Shown: positions 28,142 through 41,900 of the stretch, piece by piece | Position numbering within the stretch: position 1 is the stretch's first letter | Layout: each line of letters begins with the position of its first letter | Source: Mizuhopecten yessoensis | Lineage: Eukaryota | DNA length: 64,000 bases | Direction of reading: 5' to 3' | NCBI RefSeq assembly: GCF_002113885.1 | Contig: NW_018408679.1 | Coordinates: 234,324 to 298,323 of the forward strand | The notes under the pieces: generated by a model | Databases searched by the model: none | Told to the model about the DNA's origin: nothing | The model's input: the letters and a program-made list of their open reading frames with translations, nothing else | Translations under genes and position numbers: made by a program

Positions 28142-31131
28142 TCAATTTAATAAATGCTGAAATTGTGTAAAATTAATTATCTATAGACGATTAAAGATTG
28201 ACATTTTATAATAAAACCATATACACATAGTAATTGCATGTAAGAGTTATCGTTCTTGAAATACTTCACAGTAGAGAAATAGGTAGCCGGTTTCCTGAAG
28301 TACAGAAAAATGGACACATGTGACTCATTGATAAAAACAACTGAATCAATGCCTGGATTGCTTTGAAATACTTTAATATTGAGAGAACACAATGTTCTGT
28401 CAATAGTAATCATACAATATTCATTAGTTTAATATTAAACATTAGAATATGCGGAAATTGTGATACTGTCTCCCTACATTGGATTTTCAACTAGGGATGT
28501 ACTTCCAATTTCCGTTTATCAATACACTCTTATGACCTTAATCAAAAATTATATCGAAAATATCTAGAAAATATGAATAAGTTCCTGTTGTATTTCAAGG
28601 TTATTATTGAGATAATTAAGAAAATATCATTAATTTAAATAACAATTTAAACATTTTGATTATCAGTTTAGTGAAGATATCCTTCAAGCAATAATGTACC
28701 CTTGATAACAAATAAAGTTCATGTTACTTCAACAAGCTTATATCAAATACAAGGCTATTCGATGTTGTCATTCACTTACAACCATCATCCATTCTTCCAC
28801 ACTTGTTTTTTGTTTACCAACTGCCATCTCATCCATTAAAATATTGGTTGAAGTTCTGAACGTGGCAGTAGAAACAATTAGTGTCCTTTGATTTCATACT
28901 CGTCCATTAAGAATATCCATCCGCAATATAATACCTAACTGATTGCTTTAATTTTACATGCGGCTAGCGTTATCAGTATTCAAACATAGATTGAAATAAA
29001 ACCACTTGAAAATGATTTTAGTGGCGTGAAATGGAGCTGTAAACATGATTGTATGATTTGTTACTTATCAATGATCACCTCAAACTAACTACGGCGTGGT
29101 AAGACTGGTAGTGTGTATAACAACGATGTCAATCTCTCCACAAGGATTTTGTGGTAGAAAAAGTCCCACAAATCGTCACTGTTAAATATCATGTTGATCT
29201 ATCTCTCGTTAGATAACTTACAAGTTTTGAAAAGTAAGACACTTAATTCGCTGGTGATGCACATTATTTTGTACCAAATGGAGAGCTAGCGTGTTAGCAA
29301 CCATCGCTGATCTTTTAGTTTTTTAACCAACTCACCAATTCGTTTTATATTTATACGGAAACTTAAGTACGAAATGATCGATTGTATGTTCACAAGGGAA
29401 AAAAGGGATGTTTTAATAACGATAACTGATGGTTCGTTATGTGAAATGTCAGTTTTTAAATCACTCGTGCATCAACACCATAATGACTTTTATCGTGCCG
29501 TCTGATAACATTTGAATAGATGCCTTATTAGTCCTCATTGTTTACTTCTTTATTAATCATCATTAGGGCAAAGTAAGATATATGATTTTGCTTACAGCTT
29601 CCTGCAGACGAGTCTCTTGATCTAATAATCAATAGTTACTCCTCTAGAAACCGTACATTTAGTACATAATGAACCTGTTATCTATTTCTAAAATGTGCCG
29701 TTCTCTCGATTGGATATTATTGAGTACACAGCGATGGTTTGAGCTATTCCAGATACTGTCATTCTAAGCCGTGTCAGCGGAATGTAGCATGCCCCTTGGA
29801 TAGACTATGGTATGCTGTGTCAGCGGAATGTAGCATGCCCCTTGGATAGACTATGGTAGCCGTTAGTTTTAACAATTAAACATAGAAAAGCGTCCATATA
29901 TCTATCATATTTCGATGTTGTTATTATCATCATCATCTGCTTCAGAGACTGTGCCCTCTTTCTGTGACTCTAATATGGACTTGTAGAGACTGAAATTATA
30001 CTTATTTACCGCTTAATTCACTGCTTAATAGGCAAATACTTGTTAATTCAAGAAATATTATTTAAATGTGTAAAATAAACGATGAATTTGTTTTGTCAGA
30101 AATTACCTCTATTGACTTCTGGTGCACATCGCAAGGGCAATAACCAAGTAAACATACAATGTGCATGTGATATTTTTCACTGTATCATGGCAATATCATC
30201 CGCGCCCCTTAAGACCAATGTTACTTGTTTCCCCGATTGACAACAGGAATCATGCATTTTTAAGAAAGATATTGGTTTTGGATACAATATGAAAGCTTTC
30301 ATAGAGAAAGTTCCCTAACCTCGTGAGTGATGTCTGGCTAGTATAATCCAACTTTCGTTTCAATCGGTTAATTTTCAAATGGCAAAAGGACATTCAGTAA
30401 ATTGTTGTTTTTTTATCCATATAAAAATAAAGTAATCGAGTTTATAGAAAACATGCTAACCAACCACCACTCGCTGGGGAACCTCTGTTTATTTCAGACA
30501 TAATAAGTGTGCTTCATCACACTCAATGTAAACAATGCATTAGACATATTAGTCTTGTGAAAACGAGAACCTGTACACACTGCGATGTGTCGCCATCTTT
30601 AACTGGCTTTCCATTGGTCACTTTTGACCACGGATGCACTGCGAGTCACTTCACGCATTACAATCCTAGAATCAGGTTGTTTTCGGAATCAGTACCAATA
30701 AAAACGGATTACTGCGAAACAATGTTTTACGAAGAAAACTTACTGGTTTTAATTTATTTCTTAATGCAATGTAACTTTTTTACTGGGCGCTGAAAAAAGA
30801 AAAAAAAATCCATGATGGCTCACAGATAAAACGTTAGCAATATGTTTTAAATTTGTTTTAATATTTTGCTATAAAAGCTATGGAATAAAAAAAAAGTTTA
30901 CATCCTTACCATATTTTAAATAACTTCCCAGTGATTTAACTCGATTATTTTACCCAAAAACAGGTAACCTCATCTCATAATAAAAGGGTAAAACTTGATC
31001 ACGTAACCAAGTAATACGACTTGGTCACACACATTACCTAGTTAAAATACTTGCTCGTGTGATGAAGTGATATATACGTGGTAATGTCATCCAACAAAGG
31101 GCTCGAATTACAGGAAATATACTTCCTCACT

Positions 31132-31995
31132 TTACCAACACATTGACCTGATCATGTTACCAACACATTGACCTGATCATTTTACCAACACATTGACCTG
31201 ATCATATTACCAACACATTGACCCGATCATGTTACCAACACATTGACCTGATCATGTTACCAACACATTGACCTGATCATGTTACCAAGACATGGACCTG
31301 ATCATGTTACCAAGACATTAACCTCATCATGTTACCCAGACATTGACCTGACCATGTTACCCAGACATTGACCTCATCATGTTACCCAGACATTGACCTG
31401 ACCATGTTACCCAGACATTGACCTGATCATGTTACCCAGACATTGACATGACCATGTTACCAAGACATTGACCTCATCATGTTACCCAGACATTGACCTG
31501 ACCATGTTACCAAGACATTAACCTCATCATGTTACCAACACATTGACCTCATCATGTTACCCAGACATTGACCTCATCATGTTACCCAGACATTGACCTG
31601 ATCATGTTACCAAGACATTGACCTCATCATGTTACCCAGACATTGACCTGATCATGTTACCAAGACATTGACCTCATCATGTTACCAAGACATTGACCTC
31701 ATCATGTTACCCAGACATTGACCTGACCATGTTACCCAGAATTTGACCTCATCATGTTACCCAGACATTGACCTCATCATGTTACCAAGACATTGACCTC
31801 ATCATGTTACCCAGACATTAACCTCATCATTTTACCCAGACATTGACCTGACCATGTTACCAAGACATTGACCTCATCATGTTACCAAGACATTGACCTG
31901 ATCATGTTACCCAGACATTGACCTGATCATGTTACCCAGACATTGACCTGACCATGTTACCCAGACATTGACCTGACCATGTTACCAAGACATTA
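31132..31995. repeat. 25 bp minisatellite, about 34 copies, with degenerate flanking units
   Basis: Unit ACC(A/C)A(C/G)ACATTGACCT(G/C)ATCATGTT; decayed units extend to about 30995 and about 32240. Confidence 0.93.
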
Positions 31996-33101
31996 CATTT
32001 ATCGCGTTAACTTGACCATGTTACACAGGTATTAACTTAATCACGTTACATAAATATTAAAGTGACCACGTTACCGAGATATTAACTTGACTACAGTATG
32101 TTACACTGAGCTACAACTTGACCACATTATCCAGTGATACCTGACCACATAACACTGTGATACAACTAGAGCTGGTTACTGACCACTATTACTAAGTAAT
32201 ACAACTTGATTATGTCACCCAGTGATAAAAATTGATCCACTTACCTAATGATAAAGCTTTACTATCGCATTCTGTTCAATGAAGAAGCTTACGCCAAACT
32301 GCTTACCACAACTGTTACAGCTGAGTCAACCTTTGGTTAAATCTAAACAGCTGACTAAACATACAACAAAGCCAAAAAAATCGACATGCTATCTCCAGAA
32401 CTGAAAAAATAAAGACTAGCAGTGTTTTCCTACCGAAAATGCCTCATCTACTATCATTGTCTTTGTTAATCAGATTTTCTCTCCATTACAGCAAAGGGCG
32501 GCTACGTGATAAATTCATGACACGTGATGAATCGCTAGTATGTGTGATACATTTGTATGCTCGCGACAGCTCCGTCACAGAGGAACTATACATCAAGTTT
32601 CGTGTGACTGAGTTTACTTTTTATTTCATTCTTGTTCTGAAGTTAAAGTTTAAAACGTTGCAGACGAATCAATCATATTGAAGACACTTATATAGATAGA
32701 CATACAAGCACTGTTTCTGGAAAGCATTCAGACTCATTCTGGGAGAATGCATACAAAGAACTAAGCAATCATACATAAGAAATGTTTCCATTTCGCTAAA
32801 AGGATGATTTCCATTTACAGAAGACATTTCTCTAAAAGAATAATAGCCATGGTGATTCTGAAAGTGGACTACCGAGAGTGAGCAAAGCCATCCCTCATTG
32901 TTTAGGGCATGCCAAAACGCTTGTGTCTTACCCCGATTGACACCACACAGTCATGTGATGAGACAGAAGATTGGCCAACATTTAAAGTTGTATATCGTAT
33001 ACTCGGCAAGCCTCATTTTCGGCATTTTGACCCATGGAAAGAGATTATCTTCTTTTCACCCTGGACAGGTGTATCCTCACTTTTCCCAGTGTGAGATTAA
33101 T

Positions 33102-33264
33102 AGAATCTTTCACCATGTTGGGGGTGAGATAGGGGAATCTCAACCCAAGGGGGAAGACTCTTAAGTTGCCAAACACGAGGCTTTGCCGAGTGTTTGGCAA
33201 CTTAAGAATCTTTCCCCGAGGGTTGTTGTTCCTCTATCTTACCCACAAAGAGGTGAACGATTCT
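33102..33264. repeat. About 160 bp imperfect palindrome (hairpin element)
   Basis: TCTTAAGTTGCCAAACAC paired with GTGTTTGGCAACTTAAGA around GAGGCTTTGCCGA; outer arms AGAATCTTTCACC and GGTGAACGATTCT. Confidence 0.82.
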
Positions 33265-34962
33265 TTTTCTCTTACTCTGTTCTCCCAATGTGTATCATAT
33301 ACACAATGTAATGATAACGTTACATGCTTAATTCAGGGTTGACGTGACGTTGATGGATCCCAAAAGGAAAGTGAAATATTCTATATCTTATCCAGGTGAG
33401 CTTAATATTTTCCATCACTGTCGTAACTCTGACAAGGGAATCAAACATCATGGTTTGTATGTTGAGCTTGTCTCGAACTCAATCAAATGGACGTCAGTTG
33501 CTATTGTGACGTCATAGTGTGGCACTCCAAACCAAAGTAAGGATGATAAGGCACTATTTTGTCTTTACTTTGTTTTGTTTTGATGTCTTCTCATTTCATG
33601 ATGTTGTCTGTCTCTATTGTGCTTTGAATCCCGTATATTTTATCTGTATTTTGAAGCATGTGTTTTTTATATCTTTTACATTTCAGATGATCAAATACAT
33701 GTTAATGGTCGCCACCAGTTCATCTCAGTTTTGGAGTTATATGATGAAACGTCCCCGTCTCGGCTTAGGCCTCGATCAGGATTCAGAATAGCAAATCAGC
33801 CCTTTGCAGATTAATCCAACCTTGCACCCATTTTTTCATTTTTTGTTAACAAAATAAAACCTCCCTGCTAAAACGCTGCCGTTTAAAAAATAACATTTCA
33901 TCGAAAAGCTCAATAGAGTATTAACAAAATTGGCTCTTTGTGTCGCTTTACAATTCAACAGGAAAAACAACTTTTTGATTCTTTTCCAAACCATTGTTTT
34001 GATTTTCGACATGAAGAACTGTCGTTGTGTCACTCTGCCAACGACAGAAATGTTAAACGATGATTAGACAGACAAATATCGGCGGCGTTCTTCACAGAAA
34101 CCGGCTGCTGATACCATCCTCTGGTCATTACAGTCCAGAAGGACACTGCCACATAATTTATGGATCGTCAAGAAGCAGACGACGTTTATCCAATTTTCCC
34201 GCCGTTTTACCGGGGATTATCAATGACCGTAGACTCGTAAGACGGGACTCTCCTCGTCAGACGCCTGATAACATTAGCGAAATGGAAATTTCATTTGTGT
34301 ATATATTTATAATCCAAATGGACAACTCATGGCGCGTATTTCGTTAACAGCAGTATCGTGTTTTAGCTACAAACGTTTCGGGGAGAAGGCCGTTTTCAAT
34401 TACAATTTAAGGATATACGCTACCTTACCCAATATATGAGGATTTGTGTCAGAGTTATCTTCCTTTAAAAGGATAAGCCTTCCGGCAGTTTTAAAAGTGC
34501 ACACTTCCTTATGCGTCTTTTACTTGTGTTATCTTTTGAAATCTAACAACGCAAACAGTATTATTCGTAAAAGGTTATAACATAATTGGAAACTCTTTAA
34601 GAAAATAACAAACATGGCGTCCTTCTTCGACCGATAATGGGCGAGCATTATGGTGTTTGCCTGCAAAGCTGTGCCATTCATATAGAAAGTAAATTCTATA
34701 TCAATAGATTTCAATCCTTGAAGATACCAAAATCAAAAGGTTTGTCAAGTAATGCTAGGAATGCAATAGAATACTGTGTTTAACTCAATCTGATTAAACC
34801 AGATCTTTTATTCCACTCCGATACTCTACGTTCCAGTCAAAGACCTTTGTTAATAAGATTGTTTTTAACTGAAAGTATCGCTCATCGACTATACAGTGGT
34901 ATATATGTTTGGTGAATTCAAGAAAATACGTAAAACCAAAAGCTATTTAAACAATGAACTGA

Positions 34963-35258
34963 GTTCAGTTGGCATTCATAGGCAATATGAATTCCAACTG
35001 GACAAAGGCAAATCCAACATGAAGCGAGCCAACTTAAAGCAGTTCAATACTTATACATCGTATTTTAGACTTTTGGAATCTGTTCATCACATAGAGAATT
35101 CAATTACATATCTAGTTCAAATAATGAATGCACCGTGTATGCTTGTTCGATGAATAGAACAACCATCGCCCAGGGAGGGTCAGTGGTATCCAACGTTACA
35201 AGTATGACGTCAACAATCGGCACATGGCATTCATAGCCTACATGAATGCCAACTGAAT
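34963..35258. mobile_element. About 295 bp MITE-like element
   Basis: TTCAGTTGGCATTCAT at the left and ATGAATGCCAACTGAA at the right; each end also forms a small internal palindrome. Confidence 0.55.
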
Positions 35259-36639
35259 TTGGTAGTTTAATATAGTGGCAATGTCATGAGATGGTAACTA
35301 TTAAGAACAATACCGACACTTCGCTGTTGGCGTGATGAGGCATTGTCGGTATGTTATCTAGATTGAAGTTTATATTTTGTTATAGTATTGCAGCAACGGA
35401 ACGGCCTTTTGCGTTCTACATTGCAAAATATCAGCAGAGTTCACTCCAGAAGCTTCAACAAATTAACGCCACGATCCACACTACAGTAAACGTACTCAAT
35501 GAGGCGTTAAATTCTAAGAGCATCAGTTTGAAGATTTTTTTATCAAAAATATCAGTTACTCTGTAGAGAAAGTATCAGAGAAATCGCATGGACGACAAGA
35601 CGACTGTATAAAATGAATGCTGGATAGTTTCCTCACAAGCAAGCAATGGCGTGTACATTGATCATGCATTTTCACCGTTTAACATCGGGCACCTTTATTG
35701 ATGTTGCTGGATTATAAAGTATCTAGCTACAGTCTATCTTATTGGTCTCTAGAGCTCCAAGACTGCTGACCAATTTTTTTCACAATTTTCGTTCACAATC
35801 TTAAAAATTGAGAAAGCAAATTAAGTGAGAATGACTATAGGCATATATCTGCTTTAAAGCTGGCAGAGATGCAGAGGCGTCAACATGATTTTTTTAAAGC
35901 ATACCGGTTATAAAACAGCTGTCAGCTGCAATGATTTTGAGAAATCTTCGTATAGACGTACGTAGAAATCAATGCTCAGAGCATTGTACGATTAGTTGCG
36001 GGCACGCGTTTGCTCAGTATACATTGTCCAAGTTATCAGGACATTGTCCGGGACTTATCTGTCCTCAGTTTCATTATTGTCCGAAAGCCATTATATTTGT
36101 ACTGACCATTGCAATAACTACGTGAATAATTAGAACCCCTGGTGGAGCTTGTCAGACATTCGGCTTTGCAGCAAATGAATAACAAAATGGATCAGCTAAT
36201 AACAGCTTATCAGGGCATGCGTGCAAAGCCATCCAAACGAACGTTTGCATCCCCTATAGAATCGTCTCAAGCGATTTAATACGTACATAGCAACGGAAGG
36301 TTCTTAAATTGGTCGAAAGGCTTGGAATTTCAAATGCCCATCCGCAATGACCTTCCTTATCTCTGTTAGTCAATGTCTGGCCCCGGTTGTACGCTTAAAT
36401 GGGCCTCAATTCATAGAAAACTTCACAGTTTACAATAACTAAATGTCCTTCTCTTACTATTTCAGGCATGCAGGCGCTAATTGTAGACATAACATCTAAT
36501 GACAGATTTCAGGCAGGCAGGCGCTAATTGTAGACATAACATCTAATGACAGATTTCACAAGGTAAAATCATTGCAAAGGATAAATTACTGGTATTTGGT
36601 TTTTTTAAAAATCAAGACGACTTATAAGCAATAAATGTG

Positions 36640-37915
36640 TCCGTGTCTGTTTAAGGTTTGTAATAACTACGTTCGTGTCTGCGTAAGGTTTGTCATAACT
36701 ACGTTCGTGTCTGTTTAAGGTTAGTAATAGCTATGTCCGTGTCTGTTTAAGGTTTGTAATAACTACGTTCGTGTCTGTTTAAGGTTTGTAATAACTACGT
36801 TCGTGTCTGTTTAAGGTTTGTAATAACTACGTCCGTGTCTGTTTAAGGTTTGTAATAACTACGTTCGTGTCTGTTTAAGGTTTGTAATAACTACGTTCGT
36901 GTCTGTTTAAGGTTNNNNNNNNNNNNNNNNNNNNNNNNNNNNNNNNNNNNNNNNNNNNNNNNNNNNCGTGTCTGTTTAAGGTTAGTAATAACTATGTCCG
37001 TGTCTGTTTAAGGTTAGTAATAGCTATGTCCGTGTCTGTTTAAGGTTTGTAATAACTATGTCCGTGTCTGTTGAAGGTTAGTAATAACTATGTCCGTGTC
37101 TGTTTAACGTAAGTAATAACTACGTCCGTGTCTGTTTAAGGTTAGTAATAACTATGTTCGTGTCTGTTTAAGGTTTGTAATAACTATGTCCGTGTCTGTT
37201 TAAGGTTAGTAATAACTATGTCCGTGTCTGTTTAAGGTTAGTAATAACTATGTCCGTGTCTGTTTAAGGTTATTAATAACTATGTCCGTGTCTGTTTAAG
37301 GTTTGTAATAACTATGTCCGTGTCTGTTTAAGGTTAGTAATAACTATGTCCGTGTCTGTTTAAGGTTAGTAATAACTACGTTCGTGTCTGTTTAAGGTTA
37401 GTAATAACTATGTTCGTGTCTGTTTAGGGTTAGTAATAACTATGTCCGTGTCTGTTTAGGGTTAGTAATAACTATGTCCGTGTCTGTTTAAGGTTAGTAA
37501 TAACTACGTCCGTGTCTGTTTAAGTTTAGTAATAACTATGTCCGTGTCTGTTTAAGGTCGTGTCTGTTTAAGGTTAGTAATAACTATGTCCGTGTCTGTT
37601 TAAGTTTAGTAATAACTATGTCAGTGTCTGTTTAAGGTCGTGTCTGTTTAAGGTTAGTAATAACTATGTCCGTCTCTGTTTAAGGTTAGTAATAACTATG
37701 TCCGTGTCTCTTTAAGGTTAGTAATAACTATGTCCGTGTCTGTGTAAGGTTAGTAATAACTATGTCCGTGTCTGTTTAAGGTTAGTAATAACTATGTCCG
37801 TGTCTGTTTAAGGTTTGTAGTAACTACGTCCGTGTCTGTTTAAGGTTATTAATAACTATGTCCGTGTCTGTTTAAAGTTTAAAGTAATTGTGTCCATGTC
37901 TATTTAAGGTTTGTC
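36640..37915. repeat. 32 bp minisatellite spanning an assembly gap (N run 36915-36966)
   Basis: Unit CGTGTCTGTTTAAGGTT(T/A)GTAATAACTA(C/T)GT(T/C); true length unknown because of the gap. Confidence 0.93.
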
Positions 37916-38830
37916 ATAAATGCGCCGGTCACAGTCAGCCCCAGTCCCAGTGAGGGCACATTCAGTTCGTCCCGGTACAGATATCGCAACAACAAATCCT
38001 TCGTCAACAAGTTTCATTTGTTCTGTGTTAACTTATCTGTAAACAGATATACAAACCTAATTCCGACAACCTGAAAAACATGTAAGGGATTGGTTATTGT
38101 AAGTGTCAGCCGATAATTTCAGTGCTTTGTTGCTGATGATAAATAAGTATTTCGTCCTGTTGTATTTCATTACTAAAAACCGTCTAAAGCGTACGTACCA
38201 CAAATCGTTGCTAATTTGTGTATTGATTGCAAAAATATCCAAAGCTGCATGTCTTCGCCCACCAACTAAAAACCAGAATAAATTGCATCCATAGGGCTAT
38301 GAACGCAATTCGATCTGCGTCATTTGACGCTTCAATTACTTCAAATTACGTGTCACCAACGTAAAAAGCAAACATTAGGACTACGTAAAGCTACCAATAA
38401 CTGTAAATTTAGAATGTCCATTCCCTAAATCAGAATTGTTTTCATTGAACTATTATAAAGCTAGGGGGAAATAAAGACATCACCGAGAAATGCAATTTGT
38501 TTTCTGTATGTTTATTTTAGTTGTGATTTTTAACATATAAATTGTAAAATCAAAAGACTTTTCAAATATTATTTCCATCATTCTGGTTGCTCCTAAGCAT
38601 ACAGAAAATAATAACTGTTATACAAAGTTATAATCACTCTGAAGGATCTTGTTACGTGTTGTCGGTCGATCTCACAACCCCGTCCACGATTATTTAAAAC
38701 TAATGAAAAGTAATTAATAATGATTTTTATTGTGCTCCTTTTCTTCATGCTGATACAAATATTGATTTATAGATCGATATTGGCTATTCCCATGACGTAA
38801 GCCTCCACTGGACAGAGAACTAGTAACACT

Positions 38831-38969
38831 TCAGAAAAACGGTTTATAGCATATCTTCTCGGATCTGTCAGAGCTCTTGATGGCGCTGAACACAGACATG
38901 AAGAGTGTTGGAAATTTGGACAGGAAGTATTTGCAGGGTTCGTCCAGTACGTCTCGCGCTTCTTCAGAC
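38831..38969 (-). CDS. RNase L/IRE1-like gene terminal coding exon (SEEARDVLDEPCKYFLSKFPTLFMSVFSAIKSSDRSEKICYKPFF*)
   Basis: ttttctacttgtcag acceptor, phase 2 matches the previous donor, TGA at 38833-38831; YF..KFP.L motif closes the KEN domain; minus-strand AATAAA about 100 nt downstream (near 38726-38731). Confidence 0.9.
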
Positions 38970-41900
38970 CTGACAAGTAGAAAACAATATCCAGTCACGT
39001 TAACCGGAAAAAGATGTCAACATGAAACTAAACCATGAATACATTTCATCAATCAGCTGTAGCCTGCCATGTCATCCAATGATTTTGTTTTAGTGGAATA
39101 TGATACAAATCACACTGATAAACTCTTGTACATAATGCCTTAAATAATCGTCAACAATCGAGTATTTCTGCGATGCAGTCACAATGCTGGTATATACTAG
39201 TTGGACCACCAAACAATATTTCATCTGAGCTGGTTGGCTTATATGTGCTTTCTTTTGGTCAAGAAGACATGTCAAGTTTGAAGACTTAAAAAATGCTAAA
39301 CTAACAATAATCCTATGTTGATAATGACTCACAAATGTAAAAGTCTTTGACTTGCAAAAGTAAATTTCACACTGGAAAAACTAACGGTAGGTCTGGCTGT
39401 TACATTTATTTGGGCACACTCGCAGTTCTCCATTAGATGTCACTTGATTAGCCAGCTGTCATTTATTTCTACATGAAAGTTAAATAGTTCATGCAGGAAA
39501 ATGGTAAGTGGATTAGGCCGTGAAATTAAATATCTCAACAAATACTTTAATTTACACAATTCCCAACCACTTGGAAAAATAATCGTTTCCTCAACGTCGG
39601 TAAACAGTTCAAATCTGCAAGATACACCATTATACCCATTCCTTACAATTTACCATTATACCCATTCCTTACAATTTTCCATTTATTCACATTGTTTTTT
39701 TCCGAGTCGAACACAACATGAATTCTTTACAATTATGGACTTTTGTGCTCGTGAATATGATGTGATATGAACCTGAACATGTGATATTGACCGAAGCGAA
39801 TATGATGTGATATGAACCTGAAAATGTGACATTCGCCTCGGTTAATATCACGTTTTAAATTTTCATATCACATCATATTTAACAGCACAAAAGCCTATAA
39901 CTGTTTTCTTATATATGCTTCAACAATAAAAGTGTGTATAGTTCACTTCACTGAAACGAGCCTCCGTGTAAAATTTATCCAACAATTCGGCTCGTAGTTT
40001 TCGAAGACATCGTCAATGTTCTTTTCCTTAAGATAAGTATGGAGGACACGCAGTGCGTGTTTGATGGCCTTTTTATTTTAACAGCATCTTTATGTTCGAG
40101 TATCTTCTGTTGTCGTCTGACACATCGCGTTCCGGTCTAACTGCGCATGCGTTACGACTGTTGCGGGGAATATTCATGTAGGTTATTTTTAGAAATCGAT
40201 ATTCACCGGATAACCAGTCTACATGACTTTTTGAGGACTGGTCGCGTGTGTAGGATCCGGCCAATGTGCCAATGTGATTGAAAGAAATGTTCAAGCATAT
40301 AATAAAGTATTTTACGCAACACACATCTTTTCGTATCCTGTGGAATAAATCCTGGACCCGCATTCATGAGAACGGTCTCATGCTCAAACCAAGATTCTGT
40401 TCTCAGAGCCCAATTTCTTTCGGCTCGCCAATGATAATTTATTTTTAAAAAGCCATGTGTTGTCAATGATATTTAAGAAATTTGATAGGACTTAAAGCCG
40501 AATGTAGTGTTTATACTTGACTTTTTGACAGTGTTACATGATTTAAGCGAGTTACAAGAATGTCGGCTTGAGCACAGAAACTATGCTAGGTCATAAGAAC
40601 TGTTTCATGAATACGGGCCCAGATCAAATTCATATACTAAGGCCAACTCGCCGGTTTCACACCAAGCAGTTAGGATGAATTCATGTTTCACAACCGAGTA
40701 AGAGTATTTTATTTGATATTATTTTCTTATCTATACGTTGTTCTTGCGGGTGTTGGTCGATCTGTCAATGGTATTGAGAGATCAAGCTCAGAAAGGTGGG
40801 CAATATCAGTGCTGGAATCCCGGTTCATGTCTTACCAACTGACTGTCATTTGTTGCAACCCTCGTTTTGCATTACAACAAATTCAAAAATAACAAATACA
40901 GTTTCGTGGTTATATTTGTATACTCTATACTAGATTGTCTATTTCTCTTATCAATATATGTGTGTACCATTTATACTTTAAGCAGAGAGCTTTAATAGGC
41001 TTTGCCTGATGCCAATTTCCTATTGTATGTATACATATACAATAACATATTCAGAAATCAAATATAAAGTTAGAAGTATTTATGATTTACAACCAACGGA
41101 TAGGATCTATCCCTGTTTCAAATCGATATGGAAATGTTTTCCCGTGAAACGGATCGCTAAGTTGTCTACTGATCTTATGTCTAAAAGCGGCAATGGCTTA
41201 GACCAAGAATTGATGGACGGAACCAAAAACTGTGATGGCCTTTAGGGCTACATCATCACGGAGAAATGGACCATAAAACGTGATACCAGTTTGAGTAGAT
41301 CTTAGACCGCGCAACAATACAACAATAAGGAAACTATTGCCATTTTAGATTTCATTGTTTGTTACAGAGAATAAGGCACTCAATAAATCTGGACTGGAAA
41401 TTTAAAAATCTTCCCCCGATGGTTGTGTCTTACTCCCAAAGTCGGGAGTGATTGTTTCTCCAATCACTAACAGGAAGTTGTGGCGAAAAGCAATACTTTC
41501 TATGTCAATGGCCCGAAGCAAAATATGACGTCATCTGCCGTCAGTATTTTTTTTCTTTTTTGTGACGTCGTTTACCGTATTTTCACGTTAGATATTGACA
41601 GAGAACTCACCAAGTGCTAAAACGGGAACACAATCAGAATGTTCTTGTGTCAATTATTAGACTATTCAGCAAATAATTACAGAATATAGCGTTACTACTG
41701 AGAAAAAGAAAAAGGAGTTGAGCCGCCGGCTGCGATTAGGGTCCTTAAGCAGTAAAAAATCAATATTGTGATTTTTATGATTTCGAAATCTAGAGACATT
41801 TCTGATCACAATGATATAAAAAAAAATATGTCAGTCCGTCAATATTTGATGATTTGACGCCACTTTAAAGATACGTCATACATAGAAGTATGCTATACGA

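Noticed and set aside
33687-34347. Exon-like GC-richer patches on the plus strand
   Set aside because: No consistent splice and phase chain and no identifiable motif.
36640-37915. Regular 32 bp repeats (also the 25, 29 and 46 bp arrays) considered as CRISPR-like arrays
   Set aside because: Units are head-to-tail with no unique spacers, there are no cas genes, and the context is eukaryotic.
38767-38976. ORF-track translation MSGLKKRETYW...
   Set aside because: Wrong frame; the phase-2 frame is the real terminal KEN exon.
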